A stretch of DNA of 64,000 nt. Origin: Saccostrea cucullata. Lineage: Eukaryota. The notes under the pieces were generated by a model. The model did not search any database, was not told the DNA's origin, and saw nothing but the letters and a program-made list of their open reading frames with translations. The position numbers and the translations under genes are program-made. Where the stretch lies: assembly GCF_032062105.1 (NCBI RefSeq), contig NW_026938995.1, positions 124,001 through 188,000 on the forward strand, written 5' to 3'. This document shows, piece by piece, positions 51,301 through 62,096 of the stretch (position 1 is its first letter; every line of letters begins with the position of its first letter).

Positions 51301-51726
51301 TTGTTATGTTTAATATGCTCTTTATTTTACATTCCTAGCAACCATTGCTTGACTTGTGAAAGATATATAAGACAATTTCTGGTTGCATATAACGCATCGT
51401 GATTAGTAAAAGTTTATATGAAGTTTCTATTGTCTTTTATTTAAAGCCCCGTTAGGGTAAGGTTAATTGTCTGACTTAAAGAAGTTTATGAAAAGTGAAC
51501 CTCGAGATTTTATCCTGCTTTGTTCATTCTTATGATCTTTAAAGGTACACCACGAATAATCCGTATACATTGTTTTCGTCAAACACAGTGAATGATTAGT
51601 CAAAATATTTCTTTAGGTCCCGTAAGTTAAAATATTTAAAAGTGTCGAGCATATCATTATATTTAATTTGGTTTTGAATTTAGAAATATTTTTCAAATTA
51701 ACTTTTTAACATTGGATGGAGGCAAA

Positions 51727-53252
51727 ATGCCGAAATACAAGCTGACATATTTTGATCTAAGAGGACGGGCAGAGCCCATCAGGCTTTTGTTTACAGTGGC
51801 GGGCGTCTCTTTTGAAGACGAAAGGATCAGAAAGGAACAATGGATAGCTATCAAAGACGGTAAGATCATAGGGTATTCTATCTGTCCTTAGAAAGCAAAC
51901 GAGGTACTCTTCTTATTTAGGCTTCCAACCCATATGCAGAGATTTATAATAATGATTATAAATGCATATTCTAGAGAAAACAATATGCTTTAAGTAATAT
52001 TTTTTGTGCAAGTTTCATTTCATTTGGACAACTCTATTTTTACTAATTAAAACTACAGCTTTTTTAATGGAGTAAACGATTTAATGCATTCATCTGAATT
52101 TGTCTTTCAGAAACACCAGGAAATGCGTTACCTGTTTTGTGTGTCGATGGCTTTATCATTTCACAAAGTATGGCAATAAACAGACATCTAGCACGAACAT
52201 TTGGTGAGTACTTTTCATAAATTGGGAATCAAATCGCAAACGTAAAAGAATATAAAAAGTGCTTTCTTAAAAATGATAATGATTTCATATAAAGAAAAGA
52301 ACCCTTAATATTTCATTATAAGTATTTTAGTGAATTTTGGCTTGTGCTAATAATATATTATTTTTTTTTTAAGGTTTAGACGGAGAAACTTTGTCACAAA
52401 AAGTAAAAGTTGATGAAATAGTAGAATATCTGGTAGAAATGAAAAATAAAATGGCGGAACTTCCTATGTTGAGTGAAGATCCAGTACGTCTGTCCTCACA
52501 GGCTTTGTGGTATTTATAGTAACATCTATCTGATCTGCGACCATCCAGAACACCTCAGGCATTTCGTTTTTCTGTGAAAGGCCCGAGGTGTTCCGGATGA
52601 TCTGTGACATCAATTAATTGACAGAACAATTCAAATAAAACCCAAAGTACACCAATATTAAAATATAGGTTTTCAGCTCAAAATATCTCGATGTTAAGAT
52701 TGGTACTAAGTCTAAATAGACAAGTGCTAGAAGCACTTCATTTGTACATCCATTTGTTCATTAGTTCTTTGATGCATTCTTTGAATTATATATCTATACT
52801 GTAAGATGGTAACCGTCTTTGAATTACATTTTTTTTTATTTTCAGAGGAAACAGGAATGGGCAAGGCAAGTAATGAAATCCTTCCAGGAGTTTATGGTAA
52901 AAGCTTGTACCTTCATTGAATCACAGATACAAAAGAATATGAAAGAGGGCAAAGGTTTTGCTGTTGGAAATCGGGTAGTACACTATATGTATCTTTTGTA
53001 ACATACACCTATCCTTATTACTGATTTACATAAATTAAGCTGAATAGCAATGAAAATTTTTTGTTACTGAATTTTTTTACATTTCAGTTGACTTTAGCCG
53101 ACATCATGATCTTTGAAGCATTTGAAAACATTTTGGCAACAAATGGCAATGCGTTGGACAAATGTTCGGGAATTACGAAATGCCGTGCCAAAGTGGCCAA
53201 CATGCCCCGTATCAAGGAATATCTATCGCAACGACAACATACTAATTTTTAA
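51727..53252 (+). CDS. Glutathione S-transferase, sigma class (5 coding exons)
   Basis: 51727-51859 [34 protein letters not shown]; 52111-52203 [28 protein letters not shown]; 52374-52483; 52846-52975 ..GKGFAVGNR; 53088-53252 [29 protein letters not shown]. Confidence 0.92.
52542..52599. mobile_element. 58-bp mini-element with a 9-bp TSD (Mutator-like MITE) in GST intron 3
   Basis: TIRs CATCCAGAACACCTC / GAGGTGTTCCGGATG, flanked by ATCTGCGAC and ATCTGTGAC. Confidence 0.65.
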
Positions 53253-53732
53253 AAAAAACATGGTTTTGTTAAAATGTTTCTGGCTAGTTAGACGAGTCGA
53301 AGTATTACACAGATAAGAAGAGGAAACTGACATCCCTAAGACTGTGTTTGAAAAATGGTTTAATATATTGAATGATTGTTCTTTTTTTTATTGTTTAACA
53401 CCGATTCGGCAATATTTCAGTCATGTTTCGGCGATGGTTTAGTTTGAAATTTGTGACAAAAATTCATGCTTAATTAATAATGATAACAAAACATGCGCAT
53501 ATTCAAGGAAAGTGAGTCGTATCAGTGATTGCCATAAAAACTTAAAGATCTTGGAGTTATCGTTCTTTTGAATATGTTGGTATATGAACCTCACATGTAT
53601 GAGAAATGTTGCAGCAAAATGAATATTTTTCATTTTTTTTTTCTTTTATTAAAAGCATATGCAATATACAACATAGTGGAAATAAATTGTAACATACATC
53701 ACAATTAATGCTTTTTATGTTCATATCAGAGT

Positions 53733-53968
53733 AGTTATATTACTTCTATAGAGAAGAAAAGAAAAAAAAATATATAAATATATCATACGTGTCATAGGTA
53801 TATAACAAGCATTTTGTTTTCTTTTATAACATTCACAAATTTATCTGTTCAGCAGTTATATTACTTCTATAGAGAAGAAAAGAAAAATATATAAATATAT
53901 CATACGTATCATAGGTATATAACAAGCATTTTGTTTTCTTTTATAACATTCACAAATTTATCTGTTCA
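53733..53968. repeat. Tandem ~118-bp duplication in the retrotransposon 3' UTR
   Basis: AGTTATATTACTTCTATAGAGAAGAAAAG...CACAAATTTATCTGTTCA at 53733-53851 and 53854-53968, nearly identical. Confidence 0.9.
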
Positions 53969-54167
53969 ATTTAATGCAATTATTCTAAGAGCGTATAAAC
54001 ATAGAATGTATAATATATAGGGAGAAATAAATAAATATTGAATCCAGGTAGCAAAGGGAGTCCTATTCAACACCAGCACTGTCCATAATGAGGACCCCTA
54101 GCTACCACACATGAAGACTGGTTTCTTCGTGTGTTGGATATGTCCTTGTCTACACCATAATTTTTTT

Positions 54168-57100
54168 TCATAAACAATTTGCTAAGTCATTGTACATGTT
54201 GTTTCTTATTTTACCAGTTTTTTTCACAATAGAATTTTGTAAAACAAGCCAATTTTTAACATAAGATTTCAAATTTTCTTCTGACATTCTTTCATTATTG
54301 AATCGACTCTTCATTTTATATTTATAGATTGTAAAACAAATAAATGAGATAAGATTATTCAAAATACATGTTTTCTCTGATAAATCACCAAAAAATCCCA
54401 ACATAATACGTTTCCATGAAACATTAAATTTTAAAAATATACTAATTTTCCTCCACAAATATGTTGTAATTGTACAAGAAAATAAAAGATGTTCACTATC
54501 TTCTGATACATTACATAACTCACACATTGGTGATACATCTTTATTCCATTTACTTACACTTATATTAGTATTTAACAGACAGTTAATCAGTTTGTAATTG
54601 AATTCTGCAATCTTTTTGTCATACATATTACAAATTTTTGAAATGTATATATTCTTCCATAATGATTTATCTTCTATGTTGAAATACTTATTCCACTTAC
54701 TCTCATATATTGAATTCTGAAATATGGATTGAACTAAGACCGAATAATAAAAATCACTTTTTAGAGATTTGATCGATTTAAAACAATTGTTTCTAAACAA
54801 AAACGAGTCATTATTATGAATGTTAATATAATTGGCATAGGAACAATCAAGCCTTGATTTAAAAGGTCTTAATGTCTTTTTTAGCATAATATATTCACAG
54901 TAAATATTGTTTTTACATTTTAATTTATCCCAAAAGTAATCTATTGCATGTATTTCACCGTTTTCATCAAAAAGATCTTTTACATAAAATATACCACTCT
55001 TGATCCATTGTTCAAAACATAATGTTTTAGAATCATATCGGAATAAATTATTGTGCCAGATAAATTGGGATAAAAATTCTTCCTTCAGAATTTTGTTGTT
55101 TTGTTTTATTTTTTTGCACTTATTAAACATTGAAAATACTTCCACATAAAACTGTGGGAAATTAGTCAATTCCCAGAATTTTTTATCATTCAAATTGCAA
55201 CTCGTTGTTTTAATGATATCATTTATAGATAAATTACTATTTTCCAATAAACTATTTAAAGTAAAGTGTGTGATTGTATCTTTATCCAATATTCTTCTTA
55301 CCCACGAAGCTTTCGCAGCAGAAAATTTACTTTCAATATCAACGATTCCTATTCCTCCTTGTTCAATTTTACCAATCAATGTATTTCGTTTAATCCTCTC
55401 TCTCTTTTTCCACAGAAAGTTAAAAATGATTTTTGAAGCTCTTTTAAAGAATTCTTTATCTGGATTAGGTAAAATAAACGCATTGTAAACAAGCTTTGAT
55501 ACCGCTAAAGTATTTATTATTGTACATTTTCCAAATATTGTTAAGTTGCGTTTTCGCCAAACACTTAAGATTTTTTCAAGTTTTTCAAGTTTACTTAGCC
55601 AATTTTTTTCATAACACACGTCTTTATTATGACCTAAATATATTCCAAGAGATTTAACACTTTCAGTTGCAATTTTTACACCGTATAGGTCGTTATTATT
55701 GCAATACTCATCAATTAAGGAACCAGTTAAGATACATTCAGTTTTAGATAAGTTAAGTTTCGGACCAGCAACTTTACTAAAATGGTGAATAATATTAAGA
55801 GTAGTTGCCAATGAATTGGTGTCTTTTAAGGCATTTGTGCAGTCATCAGCATGTTGGACTATCTTAATATTTTTTGAGGCATTCTCATTAAATGATAGGC
55901 CATGTATATTTTCATTATTTCTAATTTGGATAGCAAGTATTTCTAATACGAAAATAAAGAGAAGCGCAGATACCGGACATCCTTGACGTATTCCCCTTTT
56001 CATTGAGCAAGATTTTGAAATCCAGCCGTTATTTTTAATTTTGAACGTAGGATTATTATAAAGAGTTTTGATCATATCAATGAAGTCTTCTCCAAAGTTG
56101 AATTTTCGTAATGTTTTAAAAATGAAGTTATACTCAACAGAGTCAAATGCTTTTTCGAAATCTAAGAATAACAATATGCCATCAAGATCGTGATTCATAC
56201 AGTACTCGTATATATCAAGTATCAGTCTCGCATTTTCTCCAATGTATCTTCCTTTGATATATGCACTTTGTTCTTTTCCTATGATTTTTTTAGCAACAGG
56301 CTGTAATCGTAAAGCTAAAATCTGTGCAAAAATTTTATAGTCCACATTTGTGAGACTTATAGGTCTGTAATTTTTTAATTTATCTTTTTCACCTTTTTTG
56401 TAAATAAGGGAGAGTATTGCGTCTCGTTGTGAGAATGGTAGAATTCCGATCTCAATACTTTTGATTAAACATGAGAAATATATATCTTTAATATCATTCC
56501 AAAATATTTTATAAAATTCTGCTGGAAGTCCATCAGAACCAGGAGATTTGTTATTTTTCATATGATGAATGGCTTCCTTACACTCAGACATGGTCGGTAA
56601 TTTATCGCAGTTATTTCTATCATTTTCACTAACTTTAGGACATTCAATATTTTCAAGGTATTTTTCAATATCTTGATCACAGATTTTTCTACTCTCATAT
56701 AATGCATTATAAAAATCGACTAAAGCTTTCATAATATCTCCATTTTCCATAAAGACAATATCGTCGTCATTAGTAACTTTATTAATCGTATTGTCGCCCT
56801 GTTGCTTTTTTTCTAAATTTAAGAAATATGCAGTACTTTTTTCGCCCTTTTCCATCCAGATAGCTCTTGATCTTATGTAAGCCCCTTTACATTTTTGTGC
56901 ATATAATTCATCAATTTCATTTTCAAGCTGTCTTTTATATCTCATATTTATATGCGAGTAGGGTTTATTTTCCAATATTTTAATTTGATTCTCAATGAAA
57001 TCAATTCGCTTTCTTTTGGATACAGCATTTTCTTTAGAATAGGCTATTGTGAAATTTTTAATTGATTTTTTTCAAGCATTCCCATTTAGGAGCCGGATCA

Positions 57101-57948
57101 GGATCATGAATTCTAGATATTTCTTGTTTAATAAAGTTTCTCATTTCATTGCAAAATTTTTCTTTGTTGAGAAGTGACGTATTCATTTTCCAATAACCAC
57201 TCCCTCTAATATTTTCTGCGGTACAAAAATCAAAGTATAAACCTAAATGGTCACTAAATCTTGTCCCGTCATAATTAGGAGCTTTTCTTAATAAAATTTG
57301 ATTAAATCTATAGCAGAAACTTTCTGACGTAAATACGTAGTCAATTCTAGATTTTGGATTATTTTCCCCATCACACCACGTGTACCCCTGTTCGTTATTT
57401 TTATCACTAAAGGACCAACAGTCGATCAAATTTAATGATTTCACAAAGTTTCTAAGAGCCTTTACATTTCTATTATTTTCGATGATATCTATCTGACAGT
57501 TAAAATCTCCACAAACTATTAAGTTATCCAAACTTTTAGCATATTTATTGACCCATTTCAACATTTTATTTAAAAATATAATTTTGTCATTTTCTTTATT
57601 TGGCACATAAAAATTGGCCAAACTTAAAATTTGTTCAGATAATTTAACATTTACCAATAATTTTCTACCGTCAATCGAAGAATACTTATCTAGTATTTCG
57701 ATATCAAGATTTTCTTTAAACAAAATAGATACACCTCTACTGTATACCGAGTCAGAAAAACTATGAATTTTATACCCAAACCAACGTGAATTATAAATTA
57801 CTTCATTTGCTTCAATAAAATGTGTTTCTTGCAAGAAGATTATATCAAATTTTGCATCTTTAATCCATTCAAACAACAAAATTCTTTTACTATAAGTATT
57901 TAAACCACGCGCGTTTATAGAATAGAAAGTTAGTAAGTTTGTACTCAT
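54168..57948 (-). CDS. Retrotransposon ORF2 polyprotein (AP endonuclease, reverse transcriptase, C-terminal CCHC); one +1 frameshift in an A7 run
   Basis: 57058-57948: INARGL, FLQETH, GDFN, SRIDY, SDH, GYWKMN (APE). 54168-56975: KSPGSDG, NYRPISL, DFEKAFDSV, GIRQGCPVS, QHADD, LGIYLG, CELC..EDSEHLLFSC. Removing one base from the T7 run at 57066-57072 gives a single 1259-aa ORF. Confidence 0.92.
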
Positions 57949-57972
57949 TTACATAAAGCTATATTTGCTAAA

Positions 57973-58764
57973 TTACCCCTGGTCCTTTACATTTCTCTTC
58001 CTGTTTGAGTTTCTCCTGGCCTCCCGAATGAAGCCGTCCAGATTTGTCTGATTTTCGTCTGGGTTCTTATTTTTCGGAAGTGAGGTACTTCTGAGTCTTT
58101 TTGTAAGTTTTGATGTTATCCTACCCAGAATCTCTCCTAGCCGGTTTTCGCCCGGCCATTTTTCCGGATTCGTATGGAGGGTAGCATCTGGATATAGTCC
58201 GGTTCCCCAGAATATATCGTTAGTTGCTTCGGCGAATAGTGTTTTAGCATCTGAATTTTCCAGTTTCTCGCGAAGTTCCGGTACCTGAGTAGCTTTAGCA
58301 TGTATGATCTCCTCCATTACCGTTTCTTTTTGATCTTGCCACTTTTCTGGGATGTTCACTTTATCTCCTATTCTCTTAGCCTCAAGAGCTGTGGGAGCAA
58401 CGCGGATGTTTTCGGTAGCGTTGAAGTCTCCAGATCGAATAGCTTTCGTAAGCTGGTAGGCGTGCTCAGCTGATTTGTGGGTTTCCCCGAAGACCTTAAC
58501 ATCACAGGGAAAGAAATTGGATAGGGGGTTTTCTTTTCCTTGAAACACCACTAATCCATCAGCAGGTTCGCTATAGTGCTCACAATCTTTTGATCCCGGC
58601 TTATGTCCAGTTTGTTTGCATACACGACATGCGATTTCTTTTGTACAGTCTTTGGCCCTGTGTCCTGTGTCCCAACAATTGTAGCATTGCACCTGAGATT
58701 CACCCTTTTCCTGTCCATAATGGTACAATCTACACTTGATATCTGCACATTTTACATTTTTCAT
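57973..58764 (-). CDS. Retrotransposon ORF1 C-terminal part: two CCHC zinc knuckles plus a NADAR (YbiA/DUF1768) domain
   Basis: YHYGQ followed by CYNCWDTGHRAKDC and CRVCKQTGHKPGSKDC (Tx1-type knuckles). Residues ~71-220 carry the NADAR motifs LSNFF, SAEHAYQLTKA, AKRIG, W..M..I..AK.TQ.PELREKL, AEATNDIFWGTG and GENRLGEIL. Confidence 0.88.
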   Translation of the reverse strand: MKNVKCADIKCRLYHYGQEKGESQVQCYNCWDTGHRAKDCTKEIACRVCKQTGHKPGSKDCEHYSEPADGLVVFQGKENPLSNFFPCDVKVFGETHKSAEHAYQLTKAIRSGDFNATENIRVAPTALEAKRIGDKVNIPEKWQDQKETVMEEIIHAKATQVPELREKLENSDAKTLFAEATNDIFWGTGLYPDATLHTNPEKWPGENRLGEILGRITSKLTKRLRSTSLPKNKNPDENQTNLDGFIREARRNSNRKRNVKDQG

Positions 58765-59063
58765 TTAATAAACTGAAAATATTCATCTTTGAATCATATT
58801 TTTGAAAAAAATGATAAAAAGAATAAAATTCTTGATGAAAGTAATATTGATGTAGTATTTTACTTTTTAATGTTCATCTGAATGAACACGAGTTTCGCTA
58901 TCCTTTTTGCCCCTCCTGCAATACAGATTTTGTAAATCTTTTTCATGAAACCACTGGTCCTTATCTTATCATTCTATACACTTATTGTCTATTATTCACA
59001 CACAGATTGCACTTCTGGCAGGGTTAAAGGACTCCCTGCCAAAGATTTCTCTAAATCAAAGCT

Positions 59064-59356
59064 CAGGGACGTAGCATCCGGGGGGGCCAGGGGGGGCCTG
59101 GCCCCCCCACTTTTTCCCCGAACATAACCTTTACTATAGTAAATGTTTATTGATAGGATGGTTGGCCCCCCCACATTATAACCATAGTATAGTGATAAGA
59201 AGGATTGTGAGGAAAAAATTGGAAGTGATAGTAAGTTGGCTTTGAAAAAGTTGGCCACTACACCCCCCCCCCTTGCTTGTCAACTTTTTCAGGTAAGTAA
59301 AAAAAAAATTTTCTCAGGTTGGCCCCCCCACTTTCAAAAACGATGCTACGTGCCTG
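59064..59356. mobile_element. ~290-bp MITE with CAGG ends and a 5-bp TSD (hAT5-like by inference)
   Basis: TIRs CAGGGACGTAGCATC / GATGCTACGTGCCTG, AAGCT on both sides, internal GGCCCCCCCAC repeats. Confidence 0.75.
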
Positions 59357-59500
59357 AAGCTCACAGTACGATTTATCTAATCATACGTTAAAATGTGATT
59401 TTCTAAATCTTCAAACCTTTCAACCATCACGTAATGCTTTCAGAGACTCTAAGGAAATTAGACTTCTACCAAAATTATGTTTTTCATATGCGCTAATATA

Positions 59501-60567
59501 CGAGGGTTGTCCCGTAAAATCGTGGACAAGTTGTCTCGCATGAATAATAATCATCACAACGTTCTGAAAATTTCACTACTTCTTAGTACATATTTTCTGA
59601 ATGAATATAGCAAATTTCAAATAGATATATGCATAAATGAACGAATTATGAGATTTAATATTATGTATTGTATCGCCTTACGGCGCACAAATTATAACGT
59701 CAAAGTGCCTGAAACAGCGTCAGGCACCTCAATTTTCATCTTTGCACTAAAATTAAAGTTGGATAAGTCTCACTTAAATTTCTAAATTTCATTGAAGCAC
59801 ATACTTAAGTCTCCATAAACAATAGAGGAACCAATCTAGCATAAATGTACGATCTTCTGATGATTTATTAGTAAGATACGGACAATATTCCAACATCATT
59901 CAACTAATAGACAATCTTATATTGACGAGGTCAACATTGACAGCGTCTTTAGCTATTACAATTGTAGTTTGTATGTCTTGTACTACCTCGGGACTCGATC
60001 AAGAAAGACTTTACTCAGAAAACTCCCATTTCATTTATATACTAAAGATTTGGCAATTTTTGGGGATTTTTTTTCTTCTGTATTTATTTAAATTTTTACA
60101 CGGCGTTATTACACCATCTAAATCATAGCGAACTGGTCTCCGGTGCGCCGTAACGTCACCAAACGTCACCATTTTCCGTGTGTTGTGTTTACCACTTTCC
60201 CATTTCAAATGCTCAGGAAACTATCAAAAATTGACCAAATGCATTGAAAATTTTAAGAAGACAACAAAATAAATTGTGGAATTGAATAAGGATAATTTTT
60301 ACCCTAATCTTATCTATTTAAATCTTTTATTTCATATCAATACTCCTGTATATTCTTATAAAACCTTCGTTTTTTGACCGTGCGCCGTAGGGCCTTACCC
60401 TGTGCATATTCAAGCATTATAAAATCTATATTTTTGTGTATATTTTATCCAAAACATTATGATTAACTTAAATATGATAAATAAACATTCACTGAAAATT
60501 TCAGCTTATTACATCCATTATTTTTCTAGAAAAACGCTTTGTCCACGATTTTATGGGACAACCCTCG
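59501..60567. mobile_element. Non-autonomous mariner-like element (TA TSD)
   Basis: 29-bp TIRs CGAGGGTTGTCCCGTAAAATCGTGGACAA / TTGTCCACGATTTTATGGGACAACCCTCG, TA flanks, no transposase. Confidence 0.88.
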
Positions 60568-61189
60568 TAGGATGGAGTTCAATTGATCAAATTTCCAATG
60601 TGATTTATCTTGATTATCTTTTCTTGCACTTGACATCCATCAGTTAATTTTCTTTTGCACGATAATATTTTAATCTCTCTTTTTTAATTTTCTGTTGGTA
60701 CTGGTTTCGTAACAGAGTTAAGTTTGAAATACTATGAATCTTCTAACATCTAAATCCTTTACCAAATACATAATGAGACCTTTTAGGGTTCTAATTTTAG
60801 CGGTGCTCATAATTTAGTGCTTTTCACATCGCGATTCCTGCCTGCTTTTTATTATAGACCAATACATGATTATACATGGTGTAATAATAATTAGCTTCAA
60901 ATGCAAAATTTATCATTATATACGATGATAAGTTGATGGGGAAGAATGCTTTAAATTTTGGGGCACTTGTGTACATTTTCATTAATCTACTCAATCTTAA
61001 TAAGCCCTCTTTTTAATTTAAATTTCTCTCAATGGGATCCTTTATTCATACTTCAAGCGCGTGACTCTTTGTAAAATACATCAACCTATTAGATTTTTCC
61101 AACAAAACAAAAGCTTTATTAACTCGGGTACTTTCTATATTCTCATTGAGCCATATGCCATCATTTTACTTTTTGAAATGACAGTGGGT

Positions 61190-61650
61190 TGGAATATGGC
61201 AAAGTAGGAGGTTGATCCACTTCATGGGTTTGAACCCCACTGCAGGATGAAGAGAACTGTCTTTCGGATGAGACCATAGTAACCGAAGTCCCATGTTGCA
61301 ATGGATGCTGAAAGGAAAAAGATCCCTCGCTGCTCAATGACCAGTAGTACCTAGTATATATCTAAACTTTGTACCCTTCCACCGGTCACGGTAGCCTAGT
61401 GGTAGAGCGTTCGCTTCGTCATCGGGAGGCCCAGGTTCGATTCTCGTTCGCAGCGCCGCGTCAAACCTAAGACGTAAACATAGGTAGTGACTGTTCCTTC
61501 GCCAAGCGCTCGGCACTAGAAGTGAAAGTCACGGGTATGACCTTAAAAACGTAAGTCCCGTGTCACAGTAGGCTTTGGCGCGTTAAAGAACCCTCACTGC
61601 TCAATGACCCTGAGTGCCGAGTATAGGAGTAAAGCCCTTCACCGGCAAAC

Positions 61651-61691
<41 letters not shown>

Positions 61692-61795
61692 TTAAACAAT
61701 ATACAATCAATCAATCAATGTACCCTTCCACAAGCAAGTTATGACTCCTCAATATGAATGATAAAAAATTCCCGAAAGGACTTGAAACAAATATT
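61190..61795 (+). mobile_element. Old tRNA-SINE interrupted by a younger SINE
   Basis: B-box-like GGTTTGAACCCC (~61227), AGTCCCATGTTGCA..GATCCCTCGCTGCTCAATGACC. It resumes after 61731 with ATATGAATGATAAAAAATTCCCGA. Confidence 0.6.
61383..61718 (+). mobile_element. Young full-length tRNA-derived SINE with a (CAAT)n tail
   Basis: A box GGTAGCCTAGTGGTAGAGC, B box GGTTCGATTCTC, tail CAATCAATCAATCAAT, and a 13-bp TSD TGTACCCTTCCAC (61370-61382 / 61719-61731). Confidence 0.9.
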
Positions 61796-62096
61796 TTTAA
61801 AAACTTTTTCCGACCTAAATTTGAATATCCACTAATCTTTGATGTCATTTGTTTAAAAATTTACCCATGGGTAGGATTTTACGACGGGTGACGTAAACAA
61901 TAACAAAATGGTATTGCAATACACACTTTAATGTGATATTTATCAACATGTTTTCCACTGACTTGTTTATGTATCACTTTAAACTGCACTTCCCTTTCAC
62001 TGTTGACAAATAAAGCATTGCCAAAAATATTTTAAATGAGTTCCTGTCACGATGAAATGAATATTACACAGATTAATTATGCCATAGTCCAGTAAA

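Larger units (their letters stand above)
53636..58755 (-). mobile_element. 5'-truncated Tx1/L1-clade non-LTR retrotransposon with a NADAR-containing ORF1
   Basis: 11-bp TSD ATTTTTCATTT at 53625-53635 and 58756-58766. 3' AATAAA and short A-tail (~53633-53650, minus strand). ORF1 C-terminal part followed by ORF2 (APE-RT-CCHC). Confidence 0.93.

Noticed and set aside
55195-55488. Antisense ORF within the retrotransposon RT
   Set aside because: A short shadow ORF opposite a long coding frame, with no independent features.
57040-57080. Programmed ribosomal frameshift between endonuclease and RT
   Set aside because: L1/Tx1 ORF2 is normally a single frame. A one-base homopolymer indel (mutation or sequencing error) is the simpler explanation.
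57973-58764. Stand-alone host or bacterial (contaminant/HGT) NADAR gene
   Set aside because: It is fused in frame to Tx1-type zinc knuckles, lies directly before ORF2 and inside the TSD pair, and has no DarT-like toxin neighbour.
61385-61460. Functional tRNA gene
   Set aside because: The A and B boxes continue into a SINE body with a (CAAT)n tail and TSD, and the acceptor stem does not close.
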